Shown: positions 49,052 to 59,875 of the stretch, one piece after another
How positions within the stretch are numbered: the stretch's first letter is position 1
How the letters are laid out: each line of letters starts with the position of its first letter
Assembly (NCBI GenBank): GCA_965208675.1
Contig: OZ242351.1
Span: 3,776,001-3,840,000 of the forward strand
Direction of reading: 5' to 3'
Length of the DNA stretch: 64,000 bases
Origin: Candidatus Poribacteria bacterium
Lineage (GTDB): Bacteria > Poribacteria > WGA-4E > PCPOR2b
Program-made: the position numbers and the translations under genes
Notes under the pieces: generated by a model
Database searches by the model: none
What the model was told of the DNA's origin: nothing
Seen by the model: the letters and a program-made list of their open reading frames with translations, nothing else

Positions 49052-49594
49052 ATGTTAAGCGGCCAGGAATTTAGGCAGTTTGACGAAGAACTTAATCGCA
49101 CAATCAATGTCTTGATGGAGATTTCCACTGCGGTAAGACACGCTTATCCGCCCAACGATCGTATTCACTCGATTGTCCGGACCGCTTCCGATGCGATAAG
49201 CGGTCTCCAAGAGATGCGAACCGAACTGGAGCAGTTACGGTTTAAGGAGCACACGCCGCCGACCCCAACAGACATGGACGCTTTTTTCCAACGGCTAATG
49301 CCGCGTGTTTTGGGCTTGCACGGGGTTGAGGCGTTTAACCGAGAATCGGATGGTAGTATCGGCTTCAAAGCTCCGAAGTTGATGAGAACACAGTTTTTAT
49401 CTGTCTGCCAATACCTGAAACACGTGACGATGTACCTAAAAATGCCTTTCGACAACATCACGGATCCTCATGAAATGTGCGAGAAAAAGGACTACGGTTG
49501 GACCGTTGTAAAATTGAAGTCGGTCGAGAATCTCGACTATGTTATGGGGCTGATTCAACAAGCATATGATTTCAATCTAATTGGGAGGAGCTAA
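49052..49594 (+). CDS. Hypothetical protein with DUF5655-like C-terminus
   Basis: ATG after AAGGAGG; ends DP.....VKLKSVENLDYVMGLIQQAYD. Confidence 0.6.
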   Translation: MLSGQEFRQFDEELNRTINVLMEISTAVRHAYPPNDRIHSIVRTASDAISGLQEMRTELEQLRFKEHTPPTPTDMDAFFQRLMPRVLGLHGVEAFNRESDGSIGFKAPKLMRTQFLSVCQYLKHVTMYLKMPFDNITDPHEMCEKKDYGWTVVKLKSVENLDYVMGLIQQAYDFNLIGRS

Positions 49595-49603
49595 CACGTT
49601 AAG

Positions 49604-51730
49604 ATGAGAATTACGGAATTAGAAGCTGAAAACAAGCAACTGCGGGAGCAATTGGTACAGATGAGAACGATTCTCGACGGTCTAAGCGAGGGCGTTGTTG
49701 CCTCAAATACAGCCGGTGAATTTCTGATTTTCAATGTGACGGCTGAGAATATGGTCGGCATTGGTGAAACCGACAACCCTCCGGACGAATGGAGCGATCG
49801 TTACGGCGTTTTTTATCCGGACACAATTACCCCCTTTCCTAGCGACAATCTCCCTTTGGTACATGCAATACGGGGGAAAGTCACAAACGGTGTGGAGCTG
49901 TTTGTTCGCAATGCAAAAAAACCGGAAGGGGTTTTTATCACTGTAAGTGGGCGGCCACTGCACGATTCGTCGGGTGAATTGATTGGAGGAGTGATTGTGA
50001 TGCGCGACATCACCGCGCTGAAAGCCATGGAAGCCAAACTTGATGAATCGAGGGCTAACCAGCAAAGGCAATCCAGGTTGTTAGATACCGTTTTCAACAG
50101 CATCAGCGATGGCGTGATTGTCGCAGACGATTACGGAAAATATGTGTTCTTCAACAAACGAGCTGACGAGATGGGGGCAAAGAAACTGCGCGGCAAACAT
50201 ACCAAGGATGCGCCTCGGCAGATTGGTCTGTTTCAACCGGACGGGGAGTCGGAGTTCCCCGTAAACAAACTTCCGCTTGCGTTGGCGCTGCTGGGGGAAA
50301 ACACGGATAACATTGAGATGCTGCTGCGGAATGAGACACAACCGGAAGGCATCCATGTGAGTATCAGCGCGCGCCCCATATTGAACAAGAAGGGACATGT
50401 GGTGAGTGCGGTTGCCGTAATACGCGACATTACGCAGCTCAAGAAGACTGAGGAACGGCTGAAAAACTCGATCGCTGAACTTGAACGCCAAACTCAACTC
50501 CTGGAATCGGTCTTTAACAACATCAGTGACGGCATAGTCGTTGCCGATAAAAACGGCAATTTGACCATGTTCAATCCGCGGGCCGAACAGATAGCCGGCG
50601 GACCGCAGCTTGAAGTCCCCATCAACGACTGGACGCAAAAATACGGGATGTATTATATGGACAAGGAAACGCCGTTCCCGACCGATGAGCTTCCACTGAC
50701 CCGCGCCATCCGCGGTGAATCAACAAATAACGTCGAAATGTTTGTGCAAAATCCCTCTATACCGGACGGCGCGTATCTCAACGTCAGCGGAAGACCGCTG
50801 CGGGACGACAGCGGTGAACAACAAGGAGGCGTCGTTGTTTTCCACGACGTAACGGATAAAGTGCGTGCCGCCGAACATTTGAATCAAGCGTTCGCACAGG
50901 GGCGGTTGGAGGTCGTCGATACCATCTTGCACAATATCGGCAATGCCATCAACAGTGTCGCAGTCGGCACTGATACCGTCTACGAAATGCTTGCCAGCGA
51001 CAAACTGTCAACCCGGCTCGCTGCCCTCGCCAACGCACTCGAAGCGCATCGAGAGGATTTGGGTGAGTATGTTACCAATCACCCGCAAGGCCAAAAAGTT
51101 TTGCCCTTCATAAAGGCGTTGGCAACCGACCTGCACGAGGTTGACGCCGACTTGAAGCGGAGGGTCGAGCGTATTCGGAACCGTACCAATCATATCGTGG
51201 ACATCATCCGGACACAGAAATCGCATGGCGACGCCCGCGATAACCGCAAAGATATCCATCTTGCCGAAGCACTTTCATCGGCTATCAATGTATTGCAGCA
51301 CTCTATCGATAAGCGCGGCATAGAGATTGAGATAGACTGTGAAGGAGCGATTGATGAGATTCGGATACAGGAGAGCCAGTTTCATCAGATGATAGTCAAT
51401 ATGGTCAAGAACTCGATTGAAGCCATCGATGAGATTGCAAAATCGGGGGAATTGGACGAGATGCCCTTTATCCGAATTCGAGCGCACAGTGATGCGGATT
51501 CCTTGCGCATTGATTTTACCGACAATGGGATAGGGATAGACCCCGACCAATCCAGGACAATCTTTACGCCAGGTTATACCACCAAACAGAAGGGCACGGG
51601 GCTGGGGCTGCATTCGAGCGCGAATTTCGTGATTGCAATCGGAGGCAAGATTAGCGCATCAAGCGGCGGCCATGGAAAAGGGATGACAATCCACGTCCAG
51701 CTGCCCTGCTCCAGGATTCTGCCCGATTAA
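49604..51730 (+). CDS. Sensor histidine kinase with 3 PAS domains (paralog of 9854)
   Basis: QAFAQGRLEVVDTILHNIGNAINS, IQESQFHQM, DNGIGI, GTGLGL. Confidence 0.88.
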   Translation: MRITELEAENKQLREQLVQMRTILDGLSEGVVASNTAGEFLIFNVTAENMVGIGETDNPPDEWSDRYGVFYPDTITPFPSDNLPLVHAIRGKVTNGVELFVRNAKKPEGVFITVSGRPLHDSSGELIGGVIVMRDITALKAMEAKLDESRANQQRQSRLLDTVFNSISDGVIVADDYGKYVFFNKRADEMGAKKLRGKHTKDAPRQIGLFQPDGESEFPVNKLPLALALLGENTDNIEMLLRNETQPEGIHVSISARPILNKKGHVVSAVAVIRDITQLKKTEERLKNSIAELERQTQLLESVFNNISDGIVVADKNGNLTMFNPRAEQIAGGPQLEVPINDWTQKYGMYYMDKETPFPTDELPLTRAIRGESTNNVEMFVQNPSIPDGAYLNVSGRPLRDDSGEQQGGVVVFHDVTDKVRAAEHLNQAFAQGRLEVVDTILHNIGNAINSVAVGTDTVYEMLASDKLSTRLAALANALEAHREDLGEYVTNHPQGQKVLPFIKALATDLHEVDADLKRRVERIRNRTNHIVDIIRTQKSHGDARDNRKDIHLAEALSSAINVLQHSIDKRGIEIEIDCEGAIDEIRIQESQFHQMIVNMVKNSIEAIDEIAKSGELDEMPFIRIRAHSDADSLRIDFTDNGIGIDPDQSRTIFTPGYTTKQKGTGLGLHSSANFVIAIGGKISASSGGHGKGMTIHVQLPCSRILPD

Positions 51731-51755
51731 CACGCCAACCGGAGCACTGTAGACA

Positions 51756-53633
51756 ATGGATAATCGAAACACGCGCGTCTTGGTCGTCGACGACCAAGAG
51801 AGTATTTATACCGACTTTTCAGGAGATGCTGGTCGTCAAAAGACGAAAACATCGCGCAGATGAGTTAACCGCCGGTTTTTTCCGGCAATCGATGACACCA
51901 ATCCGGTCGCCGAGTTGCCGTTTTTTGAGCTATCTTACGCTTCAAACGGCGATGCCGCCGTAGAGGCGGTTAAGTCCGCTAAGGAATCTAATCGTCCGTT
52001 TGCGCTAGCGTTTATTGATATCCGGATGCCACCGGGCATTGACGGGATTGAGGCTATTCGGCAAATACGAGAATTCGCGAAAAATCTTGAAATCGTCATC
52101 ATGACCGCCTATAGCGACAAACCGATGTCGGTAATCATGACGAATTTGGAGCTGCTCCACAAACTGTTGTATATACGGAACCCGGTCGCACGCGAGGTGA
52201 TTCGGCAGATTACCAGGACGCTCGTCGAGAAATGGAACTTGGAGCAGGAAGCCTCCCAGCAGCGGCAGAGACTGAAGACCGTGCTTGACGCCAAAAGCGA
52301 CGCGGTTGGCATGTTTGGGGAAGACAACAAACTGCTGTACGCCAACCACGCCTATTACCAACTGTTCGACTTTTCGCATAATGAACTGAAACAGTTATCG
52401 CCGGAAGACCTATCCAAACGCATTGAGGCGCGTCTGCGCAAAGTGGCTAACTATCGAGCAGGCGATACCGGCCCTTTGGCGCACTTCGAAGCCATTTTGG
52501 AGGAGACGGCGAATCGGTGTACCGCCGAACCCAGATTGTTTTTTCGATTTGTCATGCCGCTAGAGAAGGGCAACACCGAGAATTATGGTAGCATCATCTG
52601 TTATCATGATATGTCCAAAGAGGCGGAGATTCAGCGCATGAAGGCTGAAATCGTGTCTTTGCAACAGGAACTCGCCAATTCATACTCCTTCGACGGCATC
52701 ATCGGCGACAGCGCCGCGATGCGCAAGATTTACGAACAGATTCAGCTCGCGAGCGAAAGTGACATCGCTGTGCTTATTCAAGGAGAGAGCGGCACGGGCA
52801 AGGAGTTGGCGGCGAAAGCAATCCACTATAACAGCTCTCGCCGTGACAAGCGATTCGTGACCGTCAACTGCGCCGCGATACTGGAATCATTAATTGAGAG
52901 CGAGTTGTTCGGTCACGAAAAGGGTGCCTTCGCGGGTGCGGCTGCGCAACGGATTGGCAAATTCGAGCAACCGAACGCCGGCACCATATTCCTCGACCAA
53001 ATCGGAGATATGGCCATCTCAAACCAAGCGAAGTTGCTGCGCGTGCTCCAAGACGGTCGGATTCAACGTGTCGGCGGTGCGGGTAATGTCGACCTCGATT
53101 TTCGCGTGATTGCAGCCACCAACCATGACCTCGAAGCCGAGATGAAAACAGGGCGTTTTAGAAAAGATTTTTACTTTCGGATTTCTGCCTTCCCCACCAC
53201 AATCCCGCCCCTGCGCGAGCGGCGCGAAGATATTCCGCTCTTGGTCAATTATTTCTTGCAAAAAACGCAAAACCTGTCTGAACACATCAACGCTATCGCG
53301 CCCGACGCCATGCGCGTGTTGATGCAGTACCGATTCCCGGGGAACGTGCGGGAGTTAAAGAATATCATTCGCCGCGCTGTAATGCTTGAAACCTCGGACA
53401 TACTGCAAGCGAGCACGTTGTCGTTACAGATAACCGGTGCGCCGCGGTCGGCGAGTGACGGCGACAGTTCGCCTCATCCGGACAACATTCCCTTGTTAAC
53501 CGAACTTGAACGTTTAGCCATCGTCCAATCCCTGGAAGTTACCGGAAACAACATCGCGCGGGCTGCCCACGGGTTGGGCATCAATCAATCAACCCTGCAC
53601 CGCAAAATGAAGGCTTACGGCATCGAAGCGTAA
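51756..53633 (+). pseudogene. sigma54 activator paralog, disrupted
   Basis: MDNRNTRVLVVDD start; apparent +1 in T4 (51816-19) and -1 in T6 (51876-81) give TGA 51861; GAFAGA and Walker B FLDQ. Confidence 0.8.
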
Positions 53634-53741
53634 CTAGCCCTACACCTTAATGGACAAGCATGACTGTCGAAACATTGGGGGTGAGTAAATAACGGGCTTC
53701 AAGTCAGATCCCCATGATTTCGCACAAAAGGAGGTTGTTCA

Positions 53742-54191
53742 ATGAATACGAAACAAAAACTCGGTTACATGGTCGTTGGAGGGGCTTTGGTCGCGGTCGG
53801 GATGGCGGTCGCGGTATTGCTGGTTTCGCCGGTCACGGCGCAAACTGATAAGTATGATACGATTCAGTGTTCTCAGTTAGAGGTCGTAGATGCGGACGGG
53901 GTCGTCGGGATAGTGCTTAGTATGGGCGACCAGGGTGGACGTGTCGATGTTTTGGGCAAAGACGATATATCGAAGGTCGTGCTTGATATCACCGAACAGG
54001 GCGGAACGATCGCCCTGCGTGACAAAGACGGCAAGTTAGGTCTGTCCCTCTTTAACGGCGAATATGGCGGGCGAGTCCACGTCTACGGCAAACAGAGCAA
54101 CGGCGCGGCGCTGATGCACATCAAAGAAAACGGCGGTGGCGAGGTGTCCACATGGGATAAAAACGGTTATAGGAAAAATCGGTTAAAATAA
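53742..54191 (+). CDS. Secreted Gly-rich repeat protein, family member 1
   Basis: Signal ..SPVTAQ; C..L.VVD; E.GG.V...GKDG repeats; VSTWDKNGYR. Confidence 0.8.
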   Translation: MNTKQKLGYMVVGGALVAVGMAVAVLLVSPVTAQTDKYDTIQCSQLEVVDADGVVGIVLSMGDQGGRVDVLGKDDISKVVLDITEQGGTIALRDKDGKLGLSLFNGEYGGRVHVYGKQSNGAALMHIKENGGGEVSTWDKNGYRKNRLK

Positions 54192-54269
54192 ACGACGGGG
54201 AGGGTAACCGTCATGTAAACGGCGTCGAAACCCAAAACCCGAAAATTTACGCAAAAAGGAGGCGGTTCA

Positions 54270-54899
54270 ATGAAAACGAAACACTGACTGGTAATAAGCG
54301 GACTTGTCGGCGGAATCATCGGCAGTCTGTTGACGGCGTTGTTAGTTTCACCAGTAACGGCGCAAAGGGACAAGTTCGAAGAAATTGTGTGCACAAGTTT
54401 GAGGGTCGTTGATGCGGCAGGAAAACACAGCGTGACAATTGATGGTACTGAACACGGCGGGGCTGTCATTGCCTTCGGCAAGGATGGCAAATTGGGGGCG
54501 TCGCTCAGTATCGGTTCATTTGGCGGGGTTGTCGAGGTTAGGAGTAGATTTGGCAATGCAACCGCGGTGCTAGGCACCGATCCGCACGGCGGGCGTGTTA
54601 GTGCTTGGGACAAAGATGCTAAACTGAGAGCGATTCTCGGTACTAGTGAACATGGTGGGATTATCGGCGTAATGGGAAAAGAGGAAGAATACGCGGAACT
54701 TGGTATTGAGGAACAGGGTGGATATGTCGCCGCTATGGGAAAAGAGAAGGGCGGTTCGGCAGGTCTTGGAATCGCTCGCAATGGTAACGGGTACGTCAGT
54801 GTCTATGACAGACATGGGAAGCTAAAAGCTGTCATGGGAACCGACAAATTTGACAACGGCGGCGTGTCCACTTATGACAAAAACGGCTATCGACAGTAA
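54270..54899 (+). pseudogene. Gly-rich repeat protein member 2, TGA at codon 6
   Basis: SD AAGGAGG; MKTKH*LVISG...SPVTAQRDKF; VSTYDKNGYRQ. Confidence 0.75.
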
Positions 54900-54983
54900 G
54901 AACCCTAACCTCAAACACTCGGAGCAAATCCAATTGAGTGAAGATTATTAAGCTAACTATTCGGCTTCGCCCTGCGGCGGCGG

Positions 54984-55223
54984 TTAGCGCGAGTCCCCGT
55001 GCATAATCATGAGATTATTAGTAAAAGCCTCATCAAGTTTGCTAAACCTCATGTTCATTTCACTGCGTAATTCCCCAATCTCACTGCGTACGTCCCTAAT
55101 CTCATCGCGTAGTTCAACGCGCAAATCACTCAAATCCTTTCGGGTGGGAACGCGGGAGAAATACACAATGACATTTAGGATGAGGGCACCGATAGCAACA
55201 AGTTCCGCAATTGAAAACTCCAT
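54984..55223 (-). CDS. Small protein with TM anchor and coiled coil
   Basis: MEFSIAELVAIGALILNVIVYF + heptads LRVELRDEIRDVRSEIGELRSEM. Confidence 0.65.
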   Translation of the reverse strand: MEFSIAELVAIGALILNVIVYFSRVPTRKDLSDLRVELRDEIRDVRSEIGELRSEMNMRFSKLDEAFTNNLMIMHGDSR

Positions 55224-55632
55224 GACAATCCTTCCGTCTAAATTAGGTGACGCACATTCATGATTGCACAATTTGAAAAGAATTTCAATTGAGTATCCAA
55301 ACCAGTGAACACAGTAACTACTTAAATCTATGATTTTGGTTCATTGAGGAGTATGCAACGCTGTATCGTGCGCTGCCAACCGGTAGGCGCTATCAGGCGA
55401 GTGGAATCGTTCAAGCTGAAAGATAGAGAAGTAGAGTAGAAGATGTTGTATGCGCGGCTGTACAAAAGAGATTCTGATTGAGGATGCCGTCCTCTAAAGC
55501 AAAATATTCGAAATGCCGCAAACTACTATTTGCGAAGCCCAACGCTGATGAAAGAGGGTTAATAAAATGGCTAGATGATGTGGATGCAAATGCTGTAATC
55601 GCTGATAATAACGCACAAAATTACAGCACATA

Positions 55633-55661
55633 AAAAGGCGGGTGCAACCCGCACCCGCCTG
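55633..55661. terminator. Terminator-like hairpin
   Basis: AAAAAGGCGGGTGC-aacc-CGCACCCGCCT; T-run on the minus strand. Confidence 0.55.
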
Positions 55662-55867
55662 ATGACACTCCCTGTAGCGGTGAAAATTAAACGTTTACCA
55701 CTGAACTAGGAGAACTATACTTCAAATTACGTCTGATAATCTGTTGTCAATTTGACGATAATAAGACCACGTCATGGTAAGGATTTACGACGTATCCGTT
55801 CATACACCGAGACTGGTTTATTGAAAGAAGATAAGCCAGCGACATAACGTAATCGCTGGCTTTTTGT

Positions 55868-56305
55868 TTAATCGCTGTCCCCAGGACCGTGTCCTGATTC
55901 GCTGCCTTCGCCTCCGCTGGTGCCTTCTGTTCCGCTACTTCCCACTTCCGGGTGCGCACCCCAGGTAGTAAACTGAGCGTCAGAGGAAGGTAACACCACA
56001 TCAATAGTTTCACCGGGAGAAAGGTCTACTGGAGTCGTTGGTCCTAACTCAATGCCATTTGACAAATGCACTTCTACACGTACTCGTGATAACGTGCTAT
56101 TCGTCGTATTCGTGACTGTTCCCTGAAATGAATTAGCCGATGAATCATAGGCCAAGATTAACCTCGCTCCTGCCCTAGTTTCATCGTACGTATCATTTAC
56201 TCCGTATTGTGTGTTTGATTCTTCATCGCCTAGCATGGTATCGACCACAGAGGTATCATCAGCGCAAGCGATAAAGGCTAATGCCGCTAGAATTAGGTAT
56301 CTCAT
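55868..56305 (-). CDS. Hypothetical lipoprotein
   Basis: FIAC lipobox; SD AAAGGAG; GTVTNTT..LSRVRVEVHLSNGIELGPT. Confidence 0.75.
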   Translation of the reverse strand: MRYLILAALAFIACADDTSVVDTMLGDEESNTQYGVNDTYDETRAGARLILAYDSSANSFQGTVTNTTNSTLSRVRVEVHLSNGIELGPTTPVDLSPGETIDVVLPSSDAQFTTWGAHPEVGSSGTEGTSGGEGSESGHGPGDSD

Positions 56306-57066
56306 CGTCTCTCTCCTTTCTATTAAAATTTAACGCAAATCAAAATCCGCCAGTTTACCACGTCGAAACTTTCGACGCTGTTTTAAATTAGGCATGAAAA
56401 TTGAGTTCTTGTAGGTTGGGTTAAGCGGAGTAAATGAGAGACGCGAAAAATGTCGAATGGATATCGGTATTTGAATATGTGCGGGAATTGTTAAAAAGGT
56501 AGCAAACCCAACGATCAACCGACCGAATAGGGAGGGCGATAGTCTTGTTTTTATTGTGAGGTATTCGGTTCGTCGCATGACGTGCGTGAATCCGAAAAGC
56601 GTTGGAATCAACTGCGCGAATAGCCAGAGCGATAGTCTTCAACTCTTCGCCTCCCGAACCACTCACCCTACACGCGCCAAAAAATCCTCCCCCTTTACAA
56701 AGGGGAGCTAGAGGGGGTACAAAAACCGCCCCAAATCCAACTTAAACCTGCACGAGGCAAAGAAGGCAATTTCTTCAAAGAATGAAACCTCGCTCCGCCT
56801 GAGAATCCAGCTTTTGCATCAGAAGCCCCACCTTCCGCGCTAACCCTTTTCCTGTCAAAAAGGGGAGTTTGAACAGGTACAATCAACGCGGAAAATCAAA
56901 CTGAAAACGACACTAGCGAATACATACCAAACCTTCTAATTTTCACTCCCAATGACCGCTCAAAAACACAACGAACCCGCTCTAATCCAGATCCCGTCCG
57001 TCTACTAGACGCTTGAAAAAAATAAATCGGAATCGCTCAATAATGCCCTGTCCTTCGTCCGCCCGC

Positions 57067-57095
57067 TTGAATATTGATGATTCGCACGTTACACT
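57067..57095 (+). promoter_or_regulatory. sigma70-like promoter implying a near-leaderless transcript
   Basis: TTGAAT-N17-TACACT ending 9 nt before ATG 57105; no SD. Confidence 0.4.
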
Positions 57096-57104
57096 TTCTC
57101 CATA

Positions 57105-57593
57105 ATGAATACGTCAAATATCCGATTCAGCGAATCGGATATCGTCTTCACCATTGAACTTTTTGCGTTCTATGGGAAAGGCAAGAGTAATGCGAAGCTC
57201 GTATTGAGCGAACTGTGCGAATACTTTGGGATTGCGGACAATCCTAGCAATCATAAAATATTATCCAATAAAATCCGCACCTTTAATCCCAATCGACATG
57301 AATGCGCAGAGCATTATCGAGAGAGTTATCGTATGAAACGCAATCATAACCTTAATCACAGGCACGAGCCCCACGGAATCTATTCCAAATTGAAACATAA
57401 AATCTACCTCCGTGCGATTGACGTGTTGTGTGACGGAATGACGCCTTCTCTTGCGCTGAAACTCATTGAAGCCGAAAATCGATTCGCTATCGAACAAATA
57501 GACATATCTAACCAAGCAAGGATCGAGAGCGGTCTTTTAGCCGCCGAAACGGGAAATAGTTCTATACGTCATGGCGAAACGGAGCCGGATTAG
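57105..57593 (+). CDS. Hypothetical protein in the small-terminase position
   Basis: 162 aa, overlaps the terminase start by 23 nt; no recognisable family motif. Confidence 0.55.
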   Translation: MNTSNIRFSESDIVFTIELFAFYGKGKSNAKLVLSELCEYFGIADNPSNHKILSNKIRTFNPNRHECAEHYRESYRMKRNHNLNHRHEPHGIYSKLKHKIYLRAIDVLCDGMTPSLALKLIEAENRFAIEQIDISNQARIESGLLAAETGNSSIRHGETEPD

Positions 57594-59385
57594 CCGAAAC
57601 CGCAAAAAGTTTCGGCAAATCCATCGCGCAAATCATAGTGTAAGCACGCCGTCCGCCATCAATAGAACTGAAGAAGAACAAGACATCTATCTCCGCGGTT
57701 TCGATGATGTCCTGTTCTTCGCCAAGCAGCACTTTCCCAATGTGTTTACAGTGGAGTGCGGTCCCCATGCGTCTCCTATCCTGAACTGCATTCCCGCCGG
57801 TGAGCGCGGAAGGCGTGTCAATATCATTGCGCCCAGAGGTTGCGGCAAAAGCACCTACATCGCCGTAATCTATGTGCTGCACTGCGTCTACTACAAAGAC
57901 GAGTACGAACGGCGCGGCATAATGCCCGATAACTTCATCGTTATCGTGAGCGGTACTGAAGACCTCGCAAAAGCGCGGCTGCGCGACATCCGAGAAAAAA
58001 TAGAGGACGATCCAAACTTCCGCCATCTCAAAGGAAACGGAAAGTGGAGTGCGGACCAGCTCGATACCGCAAACGGAGTGTGCCTAATCCCCGTTGGGCG
58101 GCGCGGAAGAATACGCGGCGAACTCAAGGATCTCACAAGACCGACGCTGGTTGTCCTCGACGATGTTGAAGACAGCGAGGAAGTCCAAAACCCCCGCCTC
58201 CGCGAGAAAAACTGGAAATGGTTCAACGAAGATGTCATGCCCGTCGGCAGAATTGACGGCAAGACAAACTTTATCCACATCGACACCGTAAAGCACGAGG
58301 AAGCCATCTCCAAGAAATTGCAGAACCTGCCCGGCTGGTATACCCAATTCTACCGTTCTATCGACCACCCTGTCGACCTCCGCCACCCCACCGCCGAGCC
58401 GTTGTGGGAAGAGTGGGAAAAAATCTATACGGACATGAGGCTCGAAAAAGAGGAGCGCGACCGGCGGGAAAATGCATTTCTGGAAGAACATAAAGCTGAA
58501 ATGCTGGATGGTGTCGAGGAACTCTGGCCCCAAATGCTCTCGTATACACACATTTGCCGCCTTATCTGCAACGAAGGCTATATCTCCGTCATGCGCGAAC
58601 GTCAAAACTCGACGCGCGACCCCTCAAAAGAAACCTTTAACATGGAGAGTGCCGTTAGCTTCAAAATCACACCCGATGGACTCTTGAGAAGCGACGGACG
58701 ATTAGTCCGCTGGTGTGACATTGCCGGCGGCACATGTTTCCTCGATTGGGCTGGCGGCAAGGACGCTTACGATTCCTGCTTCGCTGCGGCTGTGTTCCTC
58801 CTGTGGGAACCGCTGCCTCAAGCGAACATGAGACGCCGCCGTGAACCGGTTACCGCCCTCTCTAACACCCACGCCTACGTGCTGAATGTCTGGATGGACA
58901 AAGTTCCTCCTTCCGCCCAACTAGAAGAGACGTTCAAACTCATTAAGCGGAGCATCAGCGATGTGCCGCACATCCGCTTCGAGTCGATTAAGCTTGCTGT
59001 CGAGGATATTCCGAAAGACACGGGCAACGCTATGCGAGAAATGATAAATCGGGCTTTCAACACGGCTCGGGAAAAGTATCAGATGACCTCCTTGGTTCAT
59101 ATCCAATTCTACAAACAAAACGCCAATAAAATTGAACGTATCGCCGCATTGGAACCGATTATTGCCAACCGGTGGCTCGCCTTCAATGAGACGCTGCCCG
59201 AGGAGTTTATGCGCCAAATGAGGCAATTCCCAATGGGCGATTTCTGCGACGGTCCCGATGCTCTGCAAAGCGCGACCAAGATGCCTATCACACGCTTCCC
59301 GGTTGAACGACTCCCGAACGGAATGCCGATGCCGTTCGACGAAGATCCGAATTCGTCAGGGCACGTAATAAGAAATTATCTATGA
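57571..59385 (+). CDS. Phage terminase large subunit-like protein
   Basis: Walker A APRGCGKST, IRG, Walker B VVLDDVED, RNase H-like nuclease acids (FLDWA, AVED, DGPDAL), NK..RI..LEP. Confidence 0.85.
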   Translation: MAKRSRISRNRKKFRQIHRANHSVSTPSAINRTEEEQDIYLRGFDDVLFFAKQHFPNVFTVECGPHASPILNCIPAGERGRRVNIIAPRGCGKSTYIAVIYVLHCVYYKDEYERRGIMPDNFIVIVSGTEDLAKARLRDIREKIEDDPNFRHLKGNGKWSADQLDTANGVCLIPVGRRGRIRGELKDLTRPTLVVLDDVEDSEEVQNPRLREKNWKWFNEDVMPVGRIDGKTNFIHIDTVKHEEAISKKLQNLPGWYTQFYRSIDHPVDLRHPTAEPLWEEWEKIYTDMRLEKEERDRRENAFLEEHKAEMLDGVEELWPQMLSYTHICRLICNEGYISVMRERQNSTRDPSKETFNMESAVSFKITPDGLLRSDGRLVRWCDIAGGTCFLDWAGGKDAYDSCFAAAVFLLWEPLPQANMRRRREPVTALSNTHAYVLNVWMDKVPPSAQLEETFKLIKRSISDVPHIRFESIKLAVEDIPKDTGNAMREMINRAFNTAREKYQMTSLVHIQFYKQNANKIERIAALEPIIANRWLAFNETLPEEFMRQMRQFPMGDFCDGPDALQSATKMPITRFPVERLPNGMPMPFDEDPNSSGHVIRNYL

Positions 59386-59747
59386 TGGCTGAATTAACCA
59401 ACACGTCAACGGTTAAAAAAATGAGTATACTCAACTTATTTTTTCAAATACTCAAAAATACTCAACCTCCCAAACCCGCTCCCTGTCTAGGGTTGTGCCC
59501 ATTTTCGCTAATTTTCCTATTTCCCAAATACTCAAAAAAAATACGCAAATCCAATATCCCAAATCTACCTCCCTTCACCCCAACCCACGAAGGCGCTACC
59601 GTCTTAATCGTAGGGGATCAACCGAGTGAATAGCGAGGGATCAAGCGACTGAATAAGGAGCGATCAACTGACCGAATAGCGAAGGCGATAGTCTTCTCCT
59701 ATCTTCTCTTGTCTTGATTCCTGACTCAACAAACATCAAATTTTATG

Positions 59748-59776
59748 TTGACATACGCCGAATCATCTTGTAATAT
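59748..59776 (+). promoter_or_regulatory. sigma70 promoter
   Basis: TTGACA-N17-TAATAT, 100 nt before ATG 59876. Confidence 0.6.
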
Positions 59777-59875
59777 ATTAAGTAAATACGAATATAGTAT
59801 TTGGTGGACGGTTAAATTCCTTGCTCTCTACTGACCACTTATCACTAACCACTGTTTCTAAAAGGGGGATATTGC

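Noticed and set aside
16481-54287. Alternative genetic code (stop-codon reassignment)
   Set aside because: Conserved genes end normally at TAA, TAG and TGA, and long core ORFs have no internal stops.
55350-55632. Possible decayed gene on the + strand after GAGGAG
   Set aside because: Multiple stops and no recognisable homology, so no call can be supported.
59616-59696. Tandem 23-bp units as a CRISPR array
   Set aside because: Units are directly adjacent with no spacers, at most 3 per locus, and no cas genes are visible.
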